NCBI RefSeq assembly: GCF_006345805.1
Contig: NC_043000.1
Span: 70,742,001 to 70,806,000 of the forward strand
Source: Octopus sinensis
Lineage: Eukaryota
Direction: 5' to 3'
Length of the DNA stretch: 64,000 nucleotides
Shown piece after piece: positions 26,054 through 41,045 of this stretch. The notes under the pieces were generated by a model. The model was not told the DNA's origin, made no database searches, and worked only from the letters and a program-made list of their open reading frames with translations. The stretch's first letter is position 1. Every line of letters begins with the position of its first letter. A program made the translations under genes and the position numbers.

Positions 26054-27504
26054 AATATAATTATCTATATATATATATATATAAATATAATCAAATTATA
26101 TATAAATATAATTATCTATCTATATATATATATATATATAAAATAATCAAATTATATATAAATATAATCAAAATATATCATTTCTTCTTATCCTGTATTT
26201 TTCATTCATGCACACCAAGCTTAGACTAACATAAAAATTGCTGACCTGGTACATGTTGACTGTTCAACTGAATATCACAGATACATTTATCTCAGGAGAA
26301 TAAATGTTCTAAATAATATCATATAAAAATAGTCACACACGCACACACAGATATACACAATCATATATGCTGACAGAGAAACATGTACAGAAAACAATCA
26401 TTCATGCTTATGATGAGACACATAAGTGCTTACAAACAAAAAGACACATCTTTGACATATACAAACATATTTGTATAAATTTACATATCCACATTGACAT
26501 ATAGAGACATATGCACACATACAGTTTAGCATTAATATACACAAGTATACAGATACAATATAAATAGACAGATACCAATATGTATATGTAGACATATATA
26601 AACACACACACACACACACACATATACACATTATTGTTAAATCATATATGTAGAAAAATATCCTCATAGACACATATCCATGCACATGTTTTCATATATT
26701 CATGTATACTTTTTGGTGTTGGCATAGTGTATGCTTTGATCTAATGGGTGGAATTAAACTATCTACTTGTTTACCAACCTTCCACTAACTGAAGTGTTAA
26801 TATAGTATATGCATTCATAACATGGATAAAATATTTCAGCCTAGTTAACTGGTTTTTGACTATCCATTTATCTGACTATTCAGTAATTACATGGAAGGTT
26901 TGGAAAAGTATGCGTTTACAAGAACTCACAGACTGATTAATTTTTTTTATCTGCAACAAGTATTTTAAGTTCTATAGTCTTCATGTATATGGAAGTTATT
27001 GCAATGATATGCTAATGCAATCTAAAACCAATAACTAAGTTTTAAATACTTAAATGTATTTGATGTAGAACAGATATAAAATATCTGGTGTTACTTAATG
27101 TTTCCACACTTATATTTATATATTGTATTGCTAAATAAGCACAATTTGAAGGGAACAGTTAGCAGCTACTCTACAGTTACATGTTATTAATTAAGAATTC
27201 AGGTGTTTTGGATAAGTTGGCTTTTTCCTGTCACTAATTTTATTCTTTGTTCCTATCAGTGTTTTATTTTAAATACTAGCATGTGTATTTTTCTTATTAA
27301 GAGTATTACAAAATTCTATAGTATTATATGATTCTATATCTGTCAGTAAGAAATTTGAAATTTATTTGTAGGGAGAGTATAGTGTTGCTTCTATTATCAG
27401 TGTGCATTTATTATTGATGTTCAAATTAGTGGTTTCACTGTTTACAGAATAATCAGTTACAATACCTATTGAAAAATTATTTGATCCTTACTTATTATTA
27501 TCAT

Positions 27505-27960
27505 TAAGGTGGTGAGCTGGTAGAATCATTAGCATGTCAGACAAAATGCTTAGTGGCATTTCATCTATCTATATGTTCTGAGTTCAAATTCTGCAAAAGT
27601 TGACTTTGCTTTCATCCTTTAGGGGTCAATAAAATAAGTACAATTCAAGCACTGTGGATCAATGCAATCGGCTAGCAACCTCTCCACAAATTTTAAGCTT
27701 TGTGCCTATAGCAGAAAGGATTATTATTATTGTTGTTGCTATTATTATTATTTCTATTAGAGGTTGATGCAATCAGCTAAGCCCCCACCTACAATTATTG
27801 GCCTCCTGTCAAAATTTGAAAGAATGATTATTATTATTAAGTGGTGACTTAGCAGAATCATTAGCATGTTGGACAAAATGTTTAGGGGCATTTCTTCCAA
27901 TTTATTAATGTCCAACCCACAAAAACCGCTGGCCTTGTGCCAACATCGGAAAGAATTATC
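27505..27960 (+). mobile_element. Two SINE family C copies (tRNA-like head ggtggtgagctgg.agaatcattagc)
   Basis: The same head recurs at about 27835 and 33447; body gagttcaaattc...ctttgcctttcatccttt.ggggtc.ataaaata. Confidence 0.65.
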
Positions 27961-28199
27961 ATCAATGGTGGTGCCCCAGCTTGTGAGCTGAAACTAGATA
28001 AAAAATAAAATAAAAATAAAAATTAATCATCCTTATAAGGTAGATGTTAATGGGTTTATCTTCACTATTCCAGCTATTATTACAGGATATTTTTGCCACT
28101 AGGTAAGTGTTAATACTTCCATCTTAGGGCGCTTTTATAGGAAAGAGAGTTAGTCTCATTTTCAGTACAGAAGTTTGCTTGGTGCATGTGTTAATTTGA

Positions 28200-29150
28200 T
28201 GAGATGTTTAAAAGTTAGTGTTATTGGATAAATCTGGTGTTGTTGAATACAAGAATTTTACTAAGTACCTATAAAAGTGATTGTGGTATTTATGGTTAGA
28301 AGGAAAGTTTTTGTTTAGAATATAGAATACCAGAGCTATTAGTAGCAATGCTTTTTCCAGAAGGTATTTTATACCAGGTTACATTTCTTATCCTGTTTTT
28401 TTTTAATGTTTTATGTTTCACTAAGGTGTTTGATTTGATTTAGAGAATTTACTATTTTATTATTTCCTATAGGTCTAAGTGAGTTTGTGATTTTGGAATT
28501 AGGACAAGTAGAATTTTCACAAAATATACTGTTATTGTATACTCTAGGTTTTGGGTTTCCTGTGATTTCAACGTGTTATAGGTATGAAATATATTAGTAG
28601 TTCCCACATTTTAATTTTTATATGCAGAATTATTTAGAAGGCTATAATGTTTAATGTATCTGTTATGTTATTTGTGCCTTGAGATGTATATGTTAGCTTT
28701 AGTTTGCATACCAACTACTCGTTGAACTTCATTTGAGTTTTAGGGATTACTATCTTTCTGCTTATCTGATATGTAAGTATGATTTTTAGGATCAGCTGTC
28801 AGTCTAGATTTAGTCCTATACACAGTTTTTAATTTATGTTCTATGTTGTTTCTATTTGTTGGATGTAGAATGACAGGATTAGCATGAATCTTACAACTAT
28901 TTCTCCTTCTATGGAAATTATCACTCTTCATGGTATGGTAGCCATGTTCATCCAGAAGAATGTAGCAAATGTTAAGGTGCCTCATAATATTCAGTGTTGT
29001 TACTGAAAATTTATTTGCTGATATTTTAGAAATTCTATGGAAAATACTCCAAACTAGATCATCTTTAAAAGATCTTAGCTGCTTAGATAATTGACATATG
29101 TAGTATAACACTGAAACCTGGATTTTATAAAAGATACTATAATACACAAA
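28200..29150 (-). mobile_element. Highly decayed, probably Penelope-like fragment
   Basis: The 135-aa stretch at 28740-29147 loosely resembles the RT C-terminal region at 641-1042; weak support. Confidence 0.35.
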
Positions 29151-29324
29151 TGGAAATGCACATGGAGTCCTAAATACTGGTTATTTGTTACACAATTTGA
29201 GGTTTAAATTGCACTACTATGACTATATAAAAATATTCATTTACATATATTCATCTAATATTTAAAACATATTATATATATATATATATATGTAACTTGA
29301 ACTGTCTTGTCTTCTGGCATCACC

Positions 29325-29700
29325 GGCTGAGTTCAGACTTCCTGTATTTTACCATGCCTAGTCAGGTTGCCAGCTGACTTGCAAATTAATCCACACTCCT
29401 TACAAATGTGCTGTAAATGACATAGCAGCAAAACCATCTCACAAGCTGCTTGATTTCTCCCTGATTCATTTAAGTTTAGGTGGTCAAGTAATACAGCTGT
29501 TGAGAGAAGAAATTGTTGACACAAACTGTACTTCAATTCCAGCTGGATTCCTACCAAGTTTTGCTTACTGAGTAATTTTAAAGCTTTGGATATAGATGTG
29601 GATAACTGCGAAGCATCTGAAATTGCCTTATATAGAGCCATGAACTTGCTTCCTTGGTTTATGCTGTGGCATTTTACCTCTGATCAGCTCCTATTTAAGC
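29325..29700 (-). mobile_element. Decayed LINE C-terminus with a C2H2-type zinc finger (RTE-like)
   Basis: HICKECGLICKSAGNLTRHGK at the end of the ORF 29333-29641. Confidence 0.5.
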
Positions 29701-30502
29701 ATCATTCCATCCTCCATTCTGACAACATGACCAGCCCAACACATCCAATTCAAAATTATTCTTTACTTGAAATTGGTGAAGCTCACTTACTCAAGTATAA
29801 GAGCATCGAGTGTGTAAGAGGACCATTTGATGCTCAAAATGAATTGGATATACTACCAATGAAAATACACACACACACAATATATATATACATGCTGTGG
29901 ACATAGTTGTGCACTTAAGTCTGCTTTGCAACCACATGGTTTTGCACTCAGTCCCACCATGCAACATCTTGGGCCAATGTCTTTTACTATAGCTCCAGGC
30001 TAGCCAAAGCCTTGTAAGTGGATTTGGCAGACAGAATCTGAAAGAAACACTGCATAGGTGTGTATAGTTATGTCTCCTTATTTTGATACTGCATGTTCAT
30101 TTTAAACATCTGTCAATGTCATACAAGCAGTGTTGTTTGTTTGCAATCTTCTGTGAAAACACATGGACCTTGTACTGTTTTGTGATGGAAACAGATAAGG
30201 GTTGGTGAGGGTTGATGACAGGAAATGCATCCATCCATTAAAAAAAAACTATCTCAACAATTTTTGCTTAGCCCACACAAGCTTGCAAATGCAAACATTA
30301 AAATAATGATGAAATGAATATGATGACTATATATATATGTATACACACACACACATTTTATTAAATCTGGAAAAATTTTCACAAATTGTTACTCAGAATT
30401 TCACATTACTGTTTGTTGGACTGATGTGAACATATTCTTTTATTCTTTTGTTTCAGTCATTTGACTGTGGCCATGCTGGAGCACCACCTTTATATATAAA
30501 AC

Positions 30503-30544
<42 letters not shown>

Positions 30545-30675
30545 AAATATTGTTTTAGATCCACTTTTCACTGCTAGAATGTGAGGATAAGATTATTGTA
30601 AAATTTCCAATTATGAACAAATAGGAAAATCTTTTATAAACAATGCTGAAGAAAATAATTATAACTTATAATCTA

Positions 30676-31104
30676 CTAGCAGCATAGCCCAGCGTTGCCC
30701 GGGTATGTAAGAGCCCCTAGTAGGCAACGACTAATCCCAATCTAGTCCTTTCCCTCTAGGGAACGAAGGCGCATGTGTAGGTTGCAATGTCTTCTCTTCA
30801 CACGAATACTTCTGTGTATACGATGTTCCTAGCTGTCCCTAGCTGTCGAGTTGTGTCCCCTAGACAGAAAATGTGTTGCATATAAAAAGCTTAGATTCTC
30901 GACCCCATGTTGAATTTATCGATTTTTTTCAGAACTGAGGGAACTTTTCAAAATTTTCGCTGCGTTAATTTTGAATTATGACATTGGGCTATGTGTGTGT
31001 CAAGTTTCATCAGAATCGGTTGAAAGCCGTGGTCAGGGTGAGGGTACAACCTGACAGACACACAGACACACAGACAGACAAACTGCCGTTTATATAGATA
31101 GAGA
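30676..31104 (-). mobile_element. Non-autonomous Helitron (429 bp), same family as 5304-7322
   Basis: On the minus strand: A|TCTCTATC...cccgggcaacgctgggctatgctgCTAG|T, with an intact GC-rich 3' hairpin. Confidence 0.85.
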
Positions 31105-31505
31105 TATCTCACATAAACTTCACAGTGCAAGAATATAAGTTCACAAAATTAGTACTAATAAAGAAGTTTCCTTTTTATTTATATAGCAATAGCAGCTACT
31201 GAAATATCATAGAATCAGTGATAAGATGAACTATTACTTTGAAAGAAAATGACATTTATTTCATTACGACTTTCTTTAAAACATATTTCAATGAACAAGT
31301 AAAAATTATACACAGGTAAAATCAAATTAAATAAGAGTTATACATATTAGAAAGGAAAATAAAATTATGACAAATTAATAAATAAAACTTGTAAAAAGCA
31401 TATTCTGAAATTATGACAATATCTCCGTGGAAGCAGACACACAGACACACACACACACACACAACTGAAAGCAAAAACAATCTTTTAATGTGAAATTAAT
31501 AATTA

Positions 31506-31613
<108 letters not shown>

Positions 31614-31997
31614 CTATATATAAATTACCAAATGAATTATATCACCAGAGAACTTTTATTCATTTAGAAACATCAACATATATATGCATAAAAAGCCTAT
31701 GATGCTGCCAATCAAAAATAAACTACATTTGTTAATTTGATAAATTTTTCCTATCCAACTTTATACTAATTTGAATATTTGTCTCAATAAACCAAAATTT
31801 TTCAAAATAAATTTACTAAATAATTAATTCAAATGAAAGAATGGTATTCTGTTTTCCTGAAAGGAAAAAAAAATTATAGAAAAAAGATTTGTTTCACAAA
31901 GGGCTGGTAAAATGAATCATATTTATACTCATTTATTAAATAGCTCAAAGGTTCACATTTTAAGTTGAAAGAATTGACATGAAGTTGACAAACTTAC

Positions 31998-32039
31998 CAT
32001 AATAACAGGTTCTAACCGTGCAACTAAATCTTGGTAAGA
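31998..32039 (-). CDS. PFKFB: PFKFB short exon, phase 0 to 0
   Basis: ttcag|TCT...ATT ATG|gtaagt; 42 nt; SYQDLVARLEPVIM. Confidence 0.95.
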
Positions 32040-32829
32040 CTGAAATAAAATTAAAATGATTGGTAAACCATTTGCTTAATTCCAAAAAGGAAGATTATTA
32101 TTAAAATATTGATTTATTTTGCAAACATACAAAATCAAATAGTACTTATTTTATTGACCCAAAAAGTGAGAAATTTAAAGCACAGGCAAAATTTATCTCA
32201 GAACTTAAAAGAAGAGAACAAGAGCAAGACGGCTTTTCATTTTTTTTTTTTTTTACCAGCTTACAATCCTGGATGATGTGACCTTATTGATAACAATAAT
32301 ATTGACAGCTTATGTATGCAAAATATAAAAGAACAAAAGAACGGACAAAGGAAAGTTGTGACATTCAAGCTTTCTGCCTAAACATTATCAAGGTATTATC
32401 CCATTTTAATATTATCAATAAATAGTTGCATTTCATCATCTGGGTTGAAAAGGTGACTGTGACCTTAAAACAAATCTTTTTTAGGTCAAATAAGAAAAGA
32501 TTGAAACCAGTTTGTGCTTCATTAATATCATGTTATGCCTGCTTTCTATATACATGTGTAGCAATAACTCCTGAAATATGCTTACACACCCATTACTATT
32601 TTTCTATCTTTGACTGCATTGTTTACATAGACATATTCATATATGAAATGTCACAACTTTCAGTGCTGGCTCTAAATTCTATAGAAAATCTGTAGAGATA
32701 AATTGAAAAATGAAAGCAGTGCACTACTAACATAAAATAGGACACAGTATTGACTTATAAACCTTCAATTCACTTGGTAGTATATTATGGTTGCAAAACA
32801 ACATATGGTGTCCCTATCAGCAATTCATG

Positions 32830-33090
32830 GCACGAGCTTGGTCATTGTCAGTGCTGCCTGATTGGCTCCCTTGCTAGTACTGCCTGACTGGCCCTCGTGT
32901 CGGTGGCACGTAAAAAGCACCCACGACACTCTCAGAGTGGTTGGCATTAGGAAGGGCATCCAGCTGTAGAAACCTTGCCAGATCAGATTGGAGCCAGGTG
33001 TAGCCTTGTGACTTGCCGGTCCTCAGTCAAACCGTCCAACCCATGCCAGTATGGAAAGCAGACATTAAACAATGTTGGTGATGATGATGA
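32830..33090 (+). mobile_element. SINE family B copy
   Basis: gtggttggcattaggaagggcatccagctgtagaaacc... followed by a (GAT)n tail. Further copies at about 11790, 33715, 34625, 37745, 38705, 40075 and 40760. Confidence 0.75.
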
Positions 33091-34859
33091 TGTACCAGTT
33101 GCCAGGAATGTGTTTAATATGGAAATTGGTCAATCCAATTGTGTTACACCACTAAACTTAGTGGCTATTTAAGCAATGTATCTGTGGAAAGTTAGTGATT
33201 TGTGGTGTTGAAAACGGAGTAGTAACTCCTGAAAAATGCATATACACCCATTGATTACTTTTCTGTTTTTGATTGCATTGTTTACATAGATGTATTTGTA
33301 TACAAAATGTTTTAACTTTCAGTGCTGCCTCTAAATTCTACAGAATATCTGTAGAGATAACTTTAAAAAATGAAAACAACACATTGCTAACACGATGTAG
33401 GACACGTTATTGACTCATAAGCCTTTAATATACTAGGTAGCATTAATGTGGTAAGTTAGCAGAATCATTAACATGCCAGGCAAAATGTTTAGCAGCATTT
33501 CATCTCTCTTTATGTTCAGAGTTCAAATGCCACTGGGGTTAACTTTGCCTTTCATCCTTTCAGGGTCAATAAAATATGTACCAGTTGAACATTGGGGTTG
33601 ATGTAATCGACTTATCCCCTCCCCTGAAATTGCTGGTCTTGTGCCAAAATTTGAAACCAATATACTTAGTAGTAAATTATGGTTGAAAAATGAAATATAG
33701 CATCCCTACCAGCATTATCATCATTATTATTTAATGCCTGTTGTCCATGTTGGCATGGGTTGGATGGTTTGACCAGAGCTGGCAAGCTGAGGAGCTGCAC
33801 CTGACTCCAGTCTGATTTAGCATGGCTTCTAAACACTTTACAGAGTGTGCTTTTACAGGGCACTTTTCTGTGGGAGTGAATGGGTGCATCTGTATCTGTT
33901 AAAAGTCAGAGCTAACACACACTCACATAGGTAAGGATGTTCACCACTACAAACAACTATACAAATATATGACATACACCACAATAGAATGATTGGCAAA
34001 GTAACATCTAAACAAGACTAAACTCTTGCAAAACACAGCTGAATTTAATACTCATGTGATAAAATCATAGAGCTGAAATGAAAATATTCTCACACTAAAT
34101 GTCAAAAAACAATAATAATGATCAAAGAAAATTAGTAAAATATGAAGAAGCAGCAAGTGTGTTTTAAAAATAAGAGTACTGCCTATTAATAATTAATATT
34201 ATTTCAGATTAGAGAGAGAGAGAGTATATACATATATAGATGTCTAGAGCCTAAAATTGCAAGTAACTGTTCTGGTCCAATGAAACTATAGAAAGAAATC
34301 ACAAACAAGGTTATAATACACAATTTTCCAATTAATTGGTATACATACTTGCAAAATTAATATAATTTCATTTTTTCAGAAAAGGTTTTGTTTTTTAGCC
34401 ATGTATCAAATTATTCATAGATTATATTATATCCAACTGTTTGCAATAAGGTTGTGATTGAGAAGGCTGTTTCTCAACCATGTGGTCTTGTTTGGTTTCA
34501 GTGTCACTGCATGTTACTTTAAGCAAGTGTTTACTACTGAAGTCCTGGGCTGGCCAAAGTCATGTGATTGGACTTGGAAGATACAAAGTGAAAGAAGCCC
34601 ATTATATGTGTATGTGTATATATATCATCATCATCATCATTATTGTTGTTTAACATCCTCCTTCCATGCTGGCACGGGTTCGGTAGTTTGACAGGAGCTG
34701 GCCAGGCAGAAGCCTGCACCATACTTCTGAGTTTGCTTTGGCATAGTTTATGACAGGATGCCCTTCCTAACACCAACCACTCCATAGAGTGGGCTAATTC
34801 TGAAGTCACTAACTAGTAGCCTATGTTGGAGTGTACTCTCTTCACCTGGTAAAGATTTT

Positions 34860-36130
34860 GCATTTTACGAGCATCTACCTATCTCATTGCCTAGTAAGGA
34901 AGTAATCAATCTGGTTTATGTGCCCACTAGACTGATAAGTGATTAGAGAGCTGGCTAGTTTTCTGTAGTTAGTGTTGCAGATCATGAGATCATTTGCATC
35001 ACAGAACTCCAGTAATCTTGTTTCCTCCTTCTTTTTAAGGCCAAAGCCATAACCACCATGCATCCCATGAAATCCATGGGACTGTTGCCCAACGTGTTCA
35101 TAAAAGTTGCCAGCAACAATAACCAAATCTCTGTCACTTGTTGTTGAGGTAGTCTGTAGGGGGACCTTGTAGAATTGGTCCTTCTGGTCATCAGCCAGCC
35201 CAGCCTGTGGAGCATAGGCAGAGCTAAATGTAACTTAATTTATCTATGATAAGTCTTAGCTTAATAACCCTATTGCATACTCTGACTACCTCAATTACCT
35301 TATCTCCCCACTTTTCTGCTAAGAGTATGCCCACACCACCCACTCCATCACTCCTGCCTAACCAGAAGAATTTGAACCTCTGTTTCTTACCCATGAGGAA
35401 TCTAGCAGAGGCTCCCTTCCATCTCACTTCTTTCACAATGCACACAGTGCTCCTTCGTTTCAATAACCTAACCAGACCTACCGTTCATTGTACCAACATT
35501 GATGGTAGTGCCCTGAAATGTGAGTGACAGTGAGAAGGCTGTCGTTGTGTCTCTTTTCTCAGTACCTGAAGATCTGCGCAAACATGCAAGCATGTATGTA
35601 TGTACCCAATGTTGAACTTCCCCAAGAGTCCAAGGCTTTTGGTGATTTGCTGTGCATGAGAAGATGCATCAAGCTAAGTGAAATCATGGCACATATACAC
35701 ACACAATCTGTCCTCTGTCAAAGCTACCCTCAATTGCCATCCTACCACCCATGTTCACTAACCACTGCAGGCCCTGCCTCTCTCTCTGCCTATCTACACT
35801 CTCTTCATGCCTTCACATATTTACCATACCTTACTACCAGCAACTCCAATTTCTCTAACCATCACTTGTTACAGTCACCTCTTCCCTATTTCTAAATATC
35901 CCCCTTTTGAGATGTTTAGAGATATTGACCATTCCCCTCTATTCTGTCTGTACAACATACTCCACCCCACCCCTACTGCTACCTGAAAGTAGGTCCTCTT
36001 GTATCTCCAACACCATTTCTATTTCTCTCTCACTTGACTGTCTCTATCTTTCTCTCTTTCATCTCCTCTCTTTTCCTACAGTAAGACACCTATCTCTATC
36101 CCTCTATTATACTAGGTATCACTACAGAGC
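34860..36130 (-). mobile_element. RTE-clade LINE 5' part (UTR plus endonuclease), decayed
   Basis: EVRWKGASARFL...GVGGVGILLAEKW, IVAGNF..HVG and IDYFLTR motifs at 34884-35463; the 5' boundary is approximate. Confidence 0.8.
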
Positions 36131-36747
36131 TCCATAGAAAGGAGACAAGCAGTTTGACCATGCAAAAAAGACCTTTTGATTGATCATTTTCATACCAAAA
36201 TACATTTTTTTTCCTGGACAATTATACATCATTTGAAAGTTCTGGATGTAAACTTTTTTCTCACACAGTTTTGATCAAAATCCAACACTTACATCTCATG
36301 CCCAGTTCCCTCAATCACCCTGGTATTTCCACCCATTCTCAAAGTTTGTCCCATTTTTGTTTTTACCACTGAATGGGAGCCCTTATTCTAGTTCAATGTA
36401 CTAGAGCACTATAACTCAATTTCTGTAGAAAATGATACAGTCATGAAGGGGACTGTTTTTACTTTATTTTGATATAAAAATTGATGAGGGTAGGTCAGAT
36501 AATCACAATGAAATATAAAAGTGAAAATTTTATAGTTAAGGGGAGGAGAAAGTGAAAAAAAAAAAATTTTGAAAATTGTTTGTCACAAAAAGCTTCCCAT
36601 CATTTCCAAGGCCATGCGAGAAACAAAAAGGGAAAATCCCCATCAAAATGTAGAAAATCCAACTTATGTAGGTAACCTGATTCAAAACTCCACTGTTTAC
36701 AGGCATTTTTAATAGTCCATTAAAATTTTATTGAAATGGTGTGTGTC

Positions 36748-36843
<96 letters not shown>

Positions 36844-37744
36844 AATAATTAAGATTCAGTTGAATTAGGTGCTTAAGTTGACGCACCAGGTCAGCTCGGT
36901 ATTATCCGCACAGCTCAAAGTAAGGTGAATAAAATCAAAATAAGTAACAAGATGTCAAGTATTAGTGCAATATGACTGTTTCAAGCAGCTCCATTTAATT
37001 GAACAATGCAAGCATTACATCAATTTAATTACAGTGCTATCATCAGTTGCAATAGATATGGATTTTCAACAGACAAGATATATTCATATAATTTTTCTCA
37101 AATATTATGTCAGAGTTAGAGGATGAAAGAATTTCATGCTGTCACTTTTGCAGCAGGAATAATCTAAGAAAAGAACTACAATTTTGTGGCATGGAACACA
37201 GGGTCATAGGATTATAATTCATTTCTAATTAAATTTTTTTTTCGTTCTTTTTTTATCTACCTTCTTATCATCAACAAAAGATCTAAGGCTAGAATATTAC
37301 TTTTATTGAGAATAAAGAACATTGTGAGTTGGCAGCTCAGAGCTGGCTGCTGGTCATAAATAAATATTACTGGATGTTTCTCCTATTCTTTAATTTATTA
37401 CTATTTCTTAATGCCATAAATACCCCTCATCACAAAAAGAAACAAACTTTAATTTCTTACTGTTACAAGTACCCCTCCCTACAAAAGGAATAAACTTTAG
37501 GAGGAGTCAATTAGATAGCAGTAAATGCCCATAAAAGAAGTAGGATAAGGGTGACATTAACTCTTGTCATTATTTTCAGTTAAAGGGGCATACGCTATGA
37601 AACTTAGAACACTATACTGGGATCTAGGAAAATATCAAGGGCTCAGAGGGAAAAAAGTTTATAACCAAGGTATAGCAAAAGCACGTGTACTATTATGTTG
37701 CATAAAAATGAAATTTTAATTTTAAAATTTTAAAAGGGGTATTA

Positions 37745-38040
37745 CATCATCATCATCATCGTTTAACGTCCGTTCTCCATGCTAGCATGGGTTGGACGGT
37801 TCGACCGGGGATCAGGGAAGCCAGAAGGCTGCCCCAGGCTCCAGTCTTATCTGGCAATGTTTCTACAGCTGGATGCCCTTCCTAACGCCAACCACTCCGT
37901 GGGTGTAGTGGGTGCTTTTTACATGCCACCTGCACAGGTGCCAAGCGAGGCTGGCAACAGCCACGGTCGGATTGGTGCATTTTACGTGCCACCGGCACGG
38001 AAGCCACTCGAGGCGGCGCTGGCATCAGCCACGAGTCGGG
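37745..38040 (-). mobile_element. SINE family B, well-preserved copy
   Basis: (CAT)n tail then cgtttaacgtccgttctccatgctagcatgggttggacgg...; CpGs are retained. Confidence 0.8.
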
Positions 38041-40514
38041 GAGATATACAGATCAGTTTAAACATTAAAAAGAAGATAACTATTATGTAGAATCACCCTA
38101 ATCCCTCATCATTACATAACTATTAGGTGGTTGCTACAAAGGGCACTCAAACAATGCTCGCGACTTACATATGGAATTTGTCTGGAAAAATATACATATC
38201 TATTAATTGGAAGTAAGGGATCAAAAGCAGGATAAGATAAATGATTCAATAATATATAGACATAATTAAATGTAAGCATAAAAGAAAAATTTAACAGCTA
38301 TGAAAATTGTACACTGATACAATTAGATATAACAGTATAAAAAATATGGCATACATATACGAAAAAAGGATTTATATATATATATCTCATCATCCAGTGT
38401 TTTAAATCCAGGTTTTATCCCTATTAACAGGGGTGGCTGGATCTACCTCAATGCCATAGCAATCGCCCATCTCACCATCTATATATATTTATAAAAAGAA
38501 TATAGTATTATATGGTGTAATTATAAGTAATTGGAAAATATCAATTTAAGAACCATAATGAGCCACATCTTATGCATATGTGTGCAGAGAAGATGTAACA
38601 TACTCAGCGACTCAACCTATGTAACAAGCATCACTTTGCTAGAAAAGTCTATATTTTACCTGTTTCATTCCTTACTCTTGGATGGATGGATGTGTGTATG
38701 TATGCATACATCATCATCATCGTTTAACATCCGTTTTCCTTGCTAGCATGGGTTCGACCGGGGTCTGGGAAGCCAGGAGGCTGCACCAGGCTCCAGTCTG
38801 ATCTGGCAGTCTTTCTACAGCTGGATGCCCTTCCTAATGCCAACCACTCCAGGTGCCAGGGGAGGCTGGCAGTGGTCATGATCGGTAGGTGCTTTTTACG
38901 TGCCAGCGGCACTAGCATCGGCCACGTTCGGATGGTGCTTTTTACATGCCACTGGCACAGATATCACAACTACAATTTCCATTTGATTTCTATTTTGATG
39001 TTGATGTTATATATATAAATATATATATAAAATCAAAATAAGTAGATATGGATGTGAGCTTTGTTCTATGGAAATGTATAAGGTTTTTAAGTACAGAAAT
39101 ACAATGTCTGAAGTTAATTTCCACCATCAAATCCCAAGTATGATGAATATAATGTTATTAGTTTCAAAAATATTTAAATGTGCAGGTGATGCTATGTACG
39201 CATGATACCCTTAGGTCCAATCAATTATTAATTAGGCTGTTCTTGTCTCTGTACTTAAAAATCTTATACCTTTCCATAGAACAAAGCTCACATCCATATC
39301 TACTTATTTTGATTTTATATATATTTATATATATGCACGTATGCATACATACACACATCCATCCATCCAAAAGAGAAAGGAATGAAACAAGTAAAACATA
39401 GGCTGCAACTGTTTTCTAGCAAAGTGATGCTTGTTACATAGGTTGTAACATACACAAAATGAGCTTAGCTAATCTTCAGGTCCTGTTACCTTTACATTGT
39501 TTACACTGTTGCGTGGAGGTAAACAACTGAATTATTAAAATTAGCTACAGTCCAAATGGCTTTTAAAAAAAGAAAAAATCACAAAAATAAGACAAAATGA
39601 AATGACCAATGGAGAAGTATTAATTATAGGATAGGTGGTTCAAAAGGAAATAAGGTGGGTGTGTCTACAGAAGTCATTAAGTAGAAGGAAAATGAATGCT
39701 AGGTAGAGGGGAGAGGGAGGTGAGTAGGACTAGAAATATAATTCTTTTATCACAGGATGTAAAAAGGATAGTGAGAGACAATGAGCTGATTACATAAAAG
39801 TTCTAGACAGCTACTTTAGATAAATCATTGGGACACACCGATAAAAGCAGAATGGCCAACCAGTGGTAATAAAAGCCACAACATAGTATTTAACTGTGCA
39901 AAAAGGATACAAAAATATAAGTGTACACACACACAAATATATAAAAAAGATGAAAACTGAAACAAAGAATAAGACAATGATGTTAAAAAATAAAAGCATT
40001 TAGTTAACATGGAATAAAAACGATGTGTAAAAGTATATGTGTATATGTATATACACATTTTCATACACACGTTTAGTTAGCATTGAAAAAGGCATCCACC
40101 TGTAGAAATCATGCCAAAGCAGACAATGGAACCTGGTGCAACTCTCTGAACTACCAGCTCCTGTCAAACCATCTAACCCATGCCAACATGGAAGATGGAT
40201 ATATGATGATGATGATGAAAATGTACCCCCACATCTCCCTCTTTGCACATTATCCCCTTATGTTTTGATCTATCCTCTTTCCTGAGTCACTTTTTTTCAC
40301 TCTTACCTTTTTCCCCCACTCTCCAGACTGATAATACCCACCAACTGCACTTCCACCCTTGCGTATCATTCAATACATTCACCACTACCTACATCTCTAA
40401 CCATCAGCTACTCTCTCCACCTGATCCATTGACTGTATCCTCTCTTTCACTCACCTCCTGGTACTTTGAGAGTTTGCTCTGACACCCCACCACTACCATC
40501 TTTATCTTTTCCCT

Positions 40515-40547
<33 letters not shown>

Positions 40548-40871
40548 CCCTTATATAATGTGAGGTAGTCAAATACCTCCACTATAGCAAGACATCTGTG
40601 CTCATTCTTCTATCATACTTAGCCTCTCAGGACCTGGCATAAAGTTGCTTACCTCTCCCAAATCATGGGAACATTTCTTCCTCACCATCCTTTGTACTTT
40701 GCATCTTACTTGGCAACCTCACTAGTGTCATTAGCATAAAAAAACCACACATAATATACACTGTAAGGTGGTTGGCATTAGGAAAGGCATCCAGCCCTAG
40801 AAAACATGCTAAATCCAACATTGGAGACATAGAGTAGCACTGCAGCTTGTTGGATCCTGTTAAACCATCTA

Positions 40872-41045
<174 letters not shown>

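Noticed and set aside
29790-29855. Minus-strand open segment with a gtaagt donor (YIQFILSIKWSSYTLDALIL)
   Set aside because: Weak acceptor, no PFKFB similarity, and adjacent to decayed LINE sequence.
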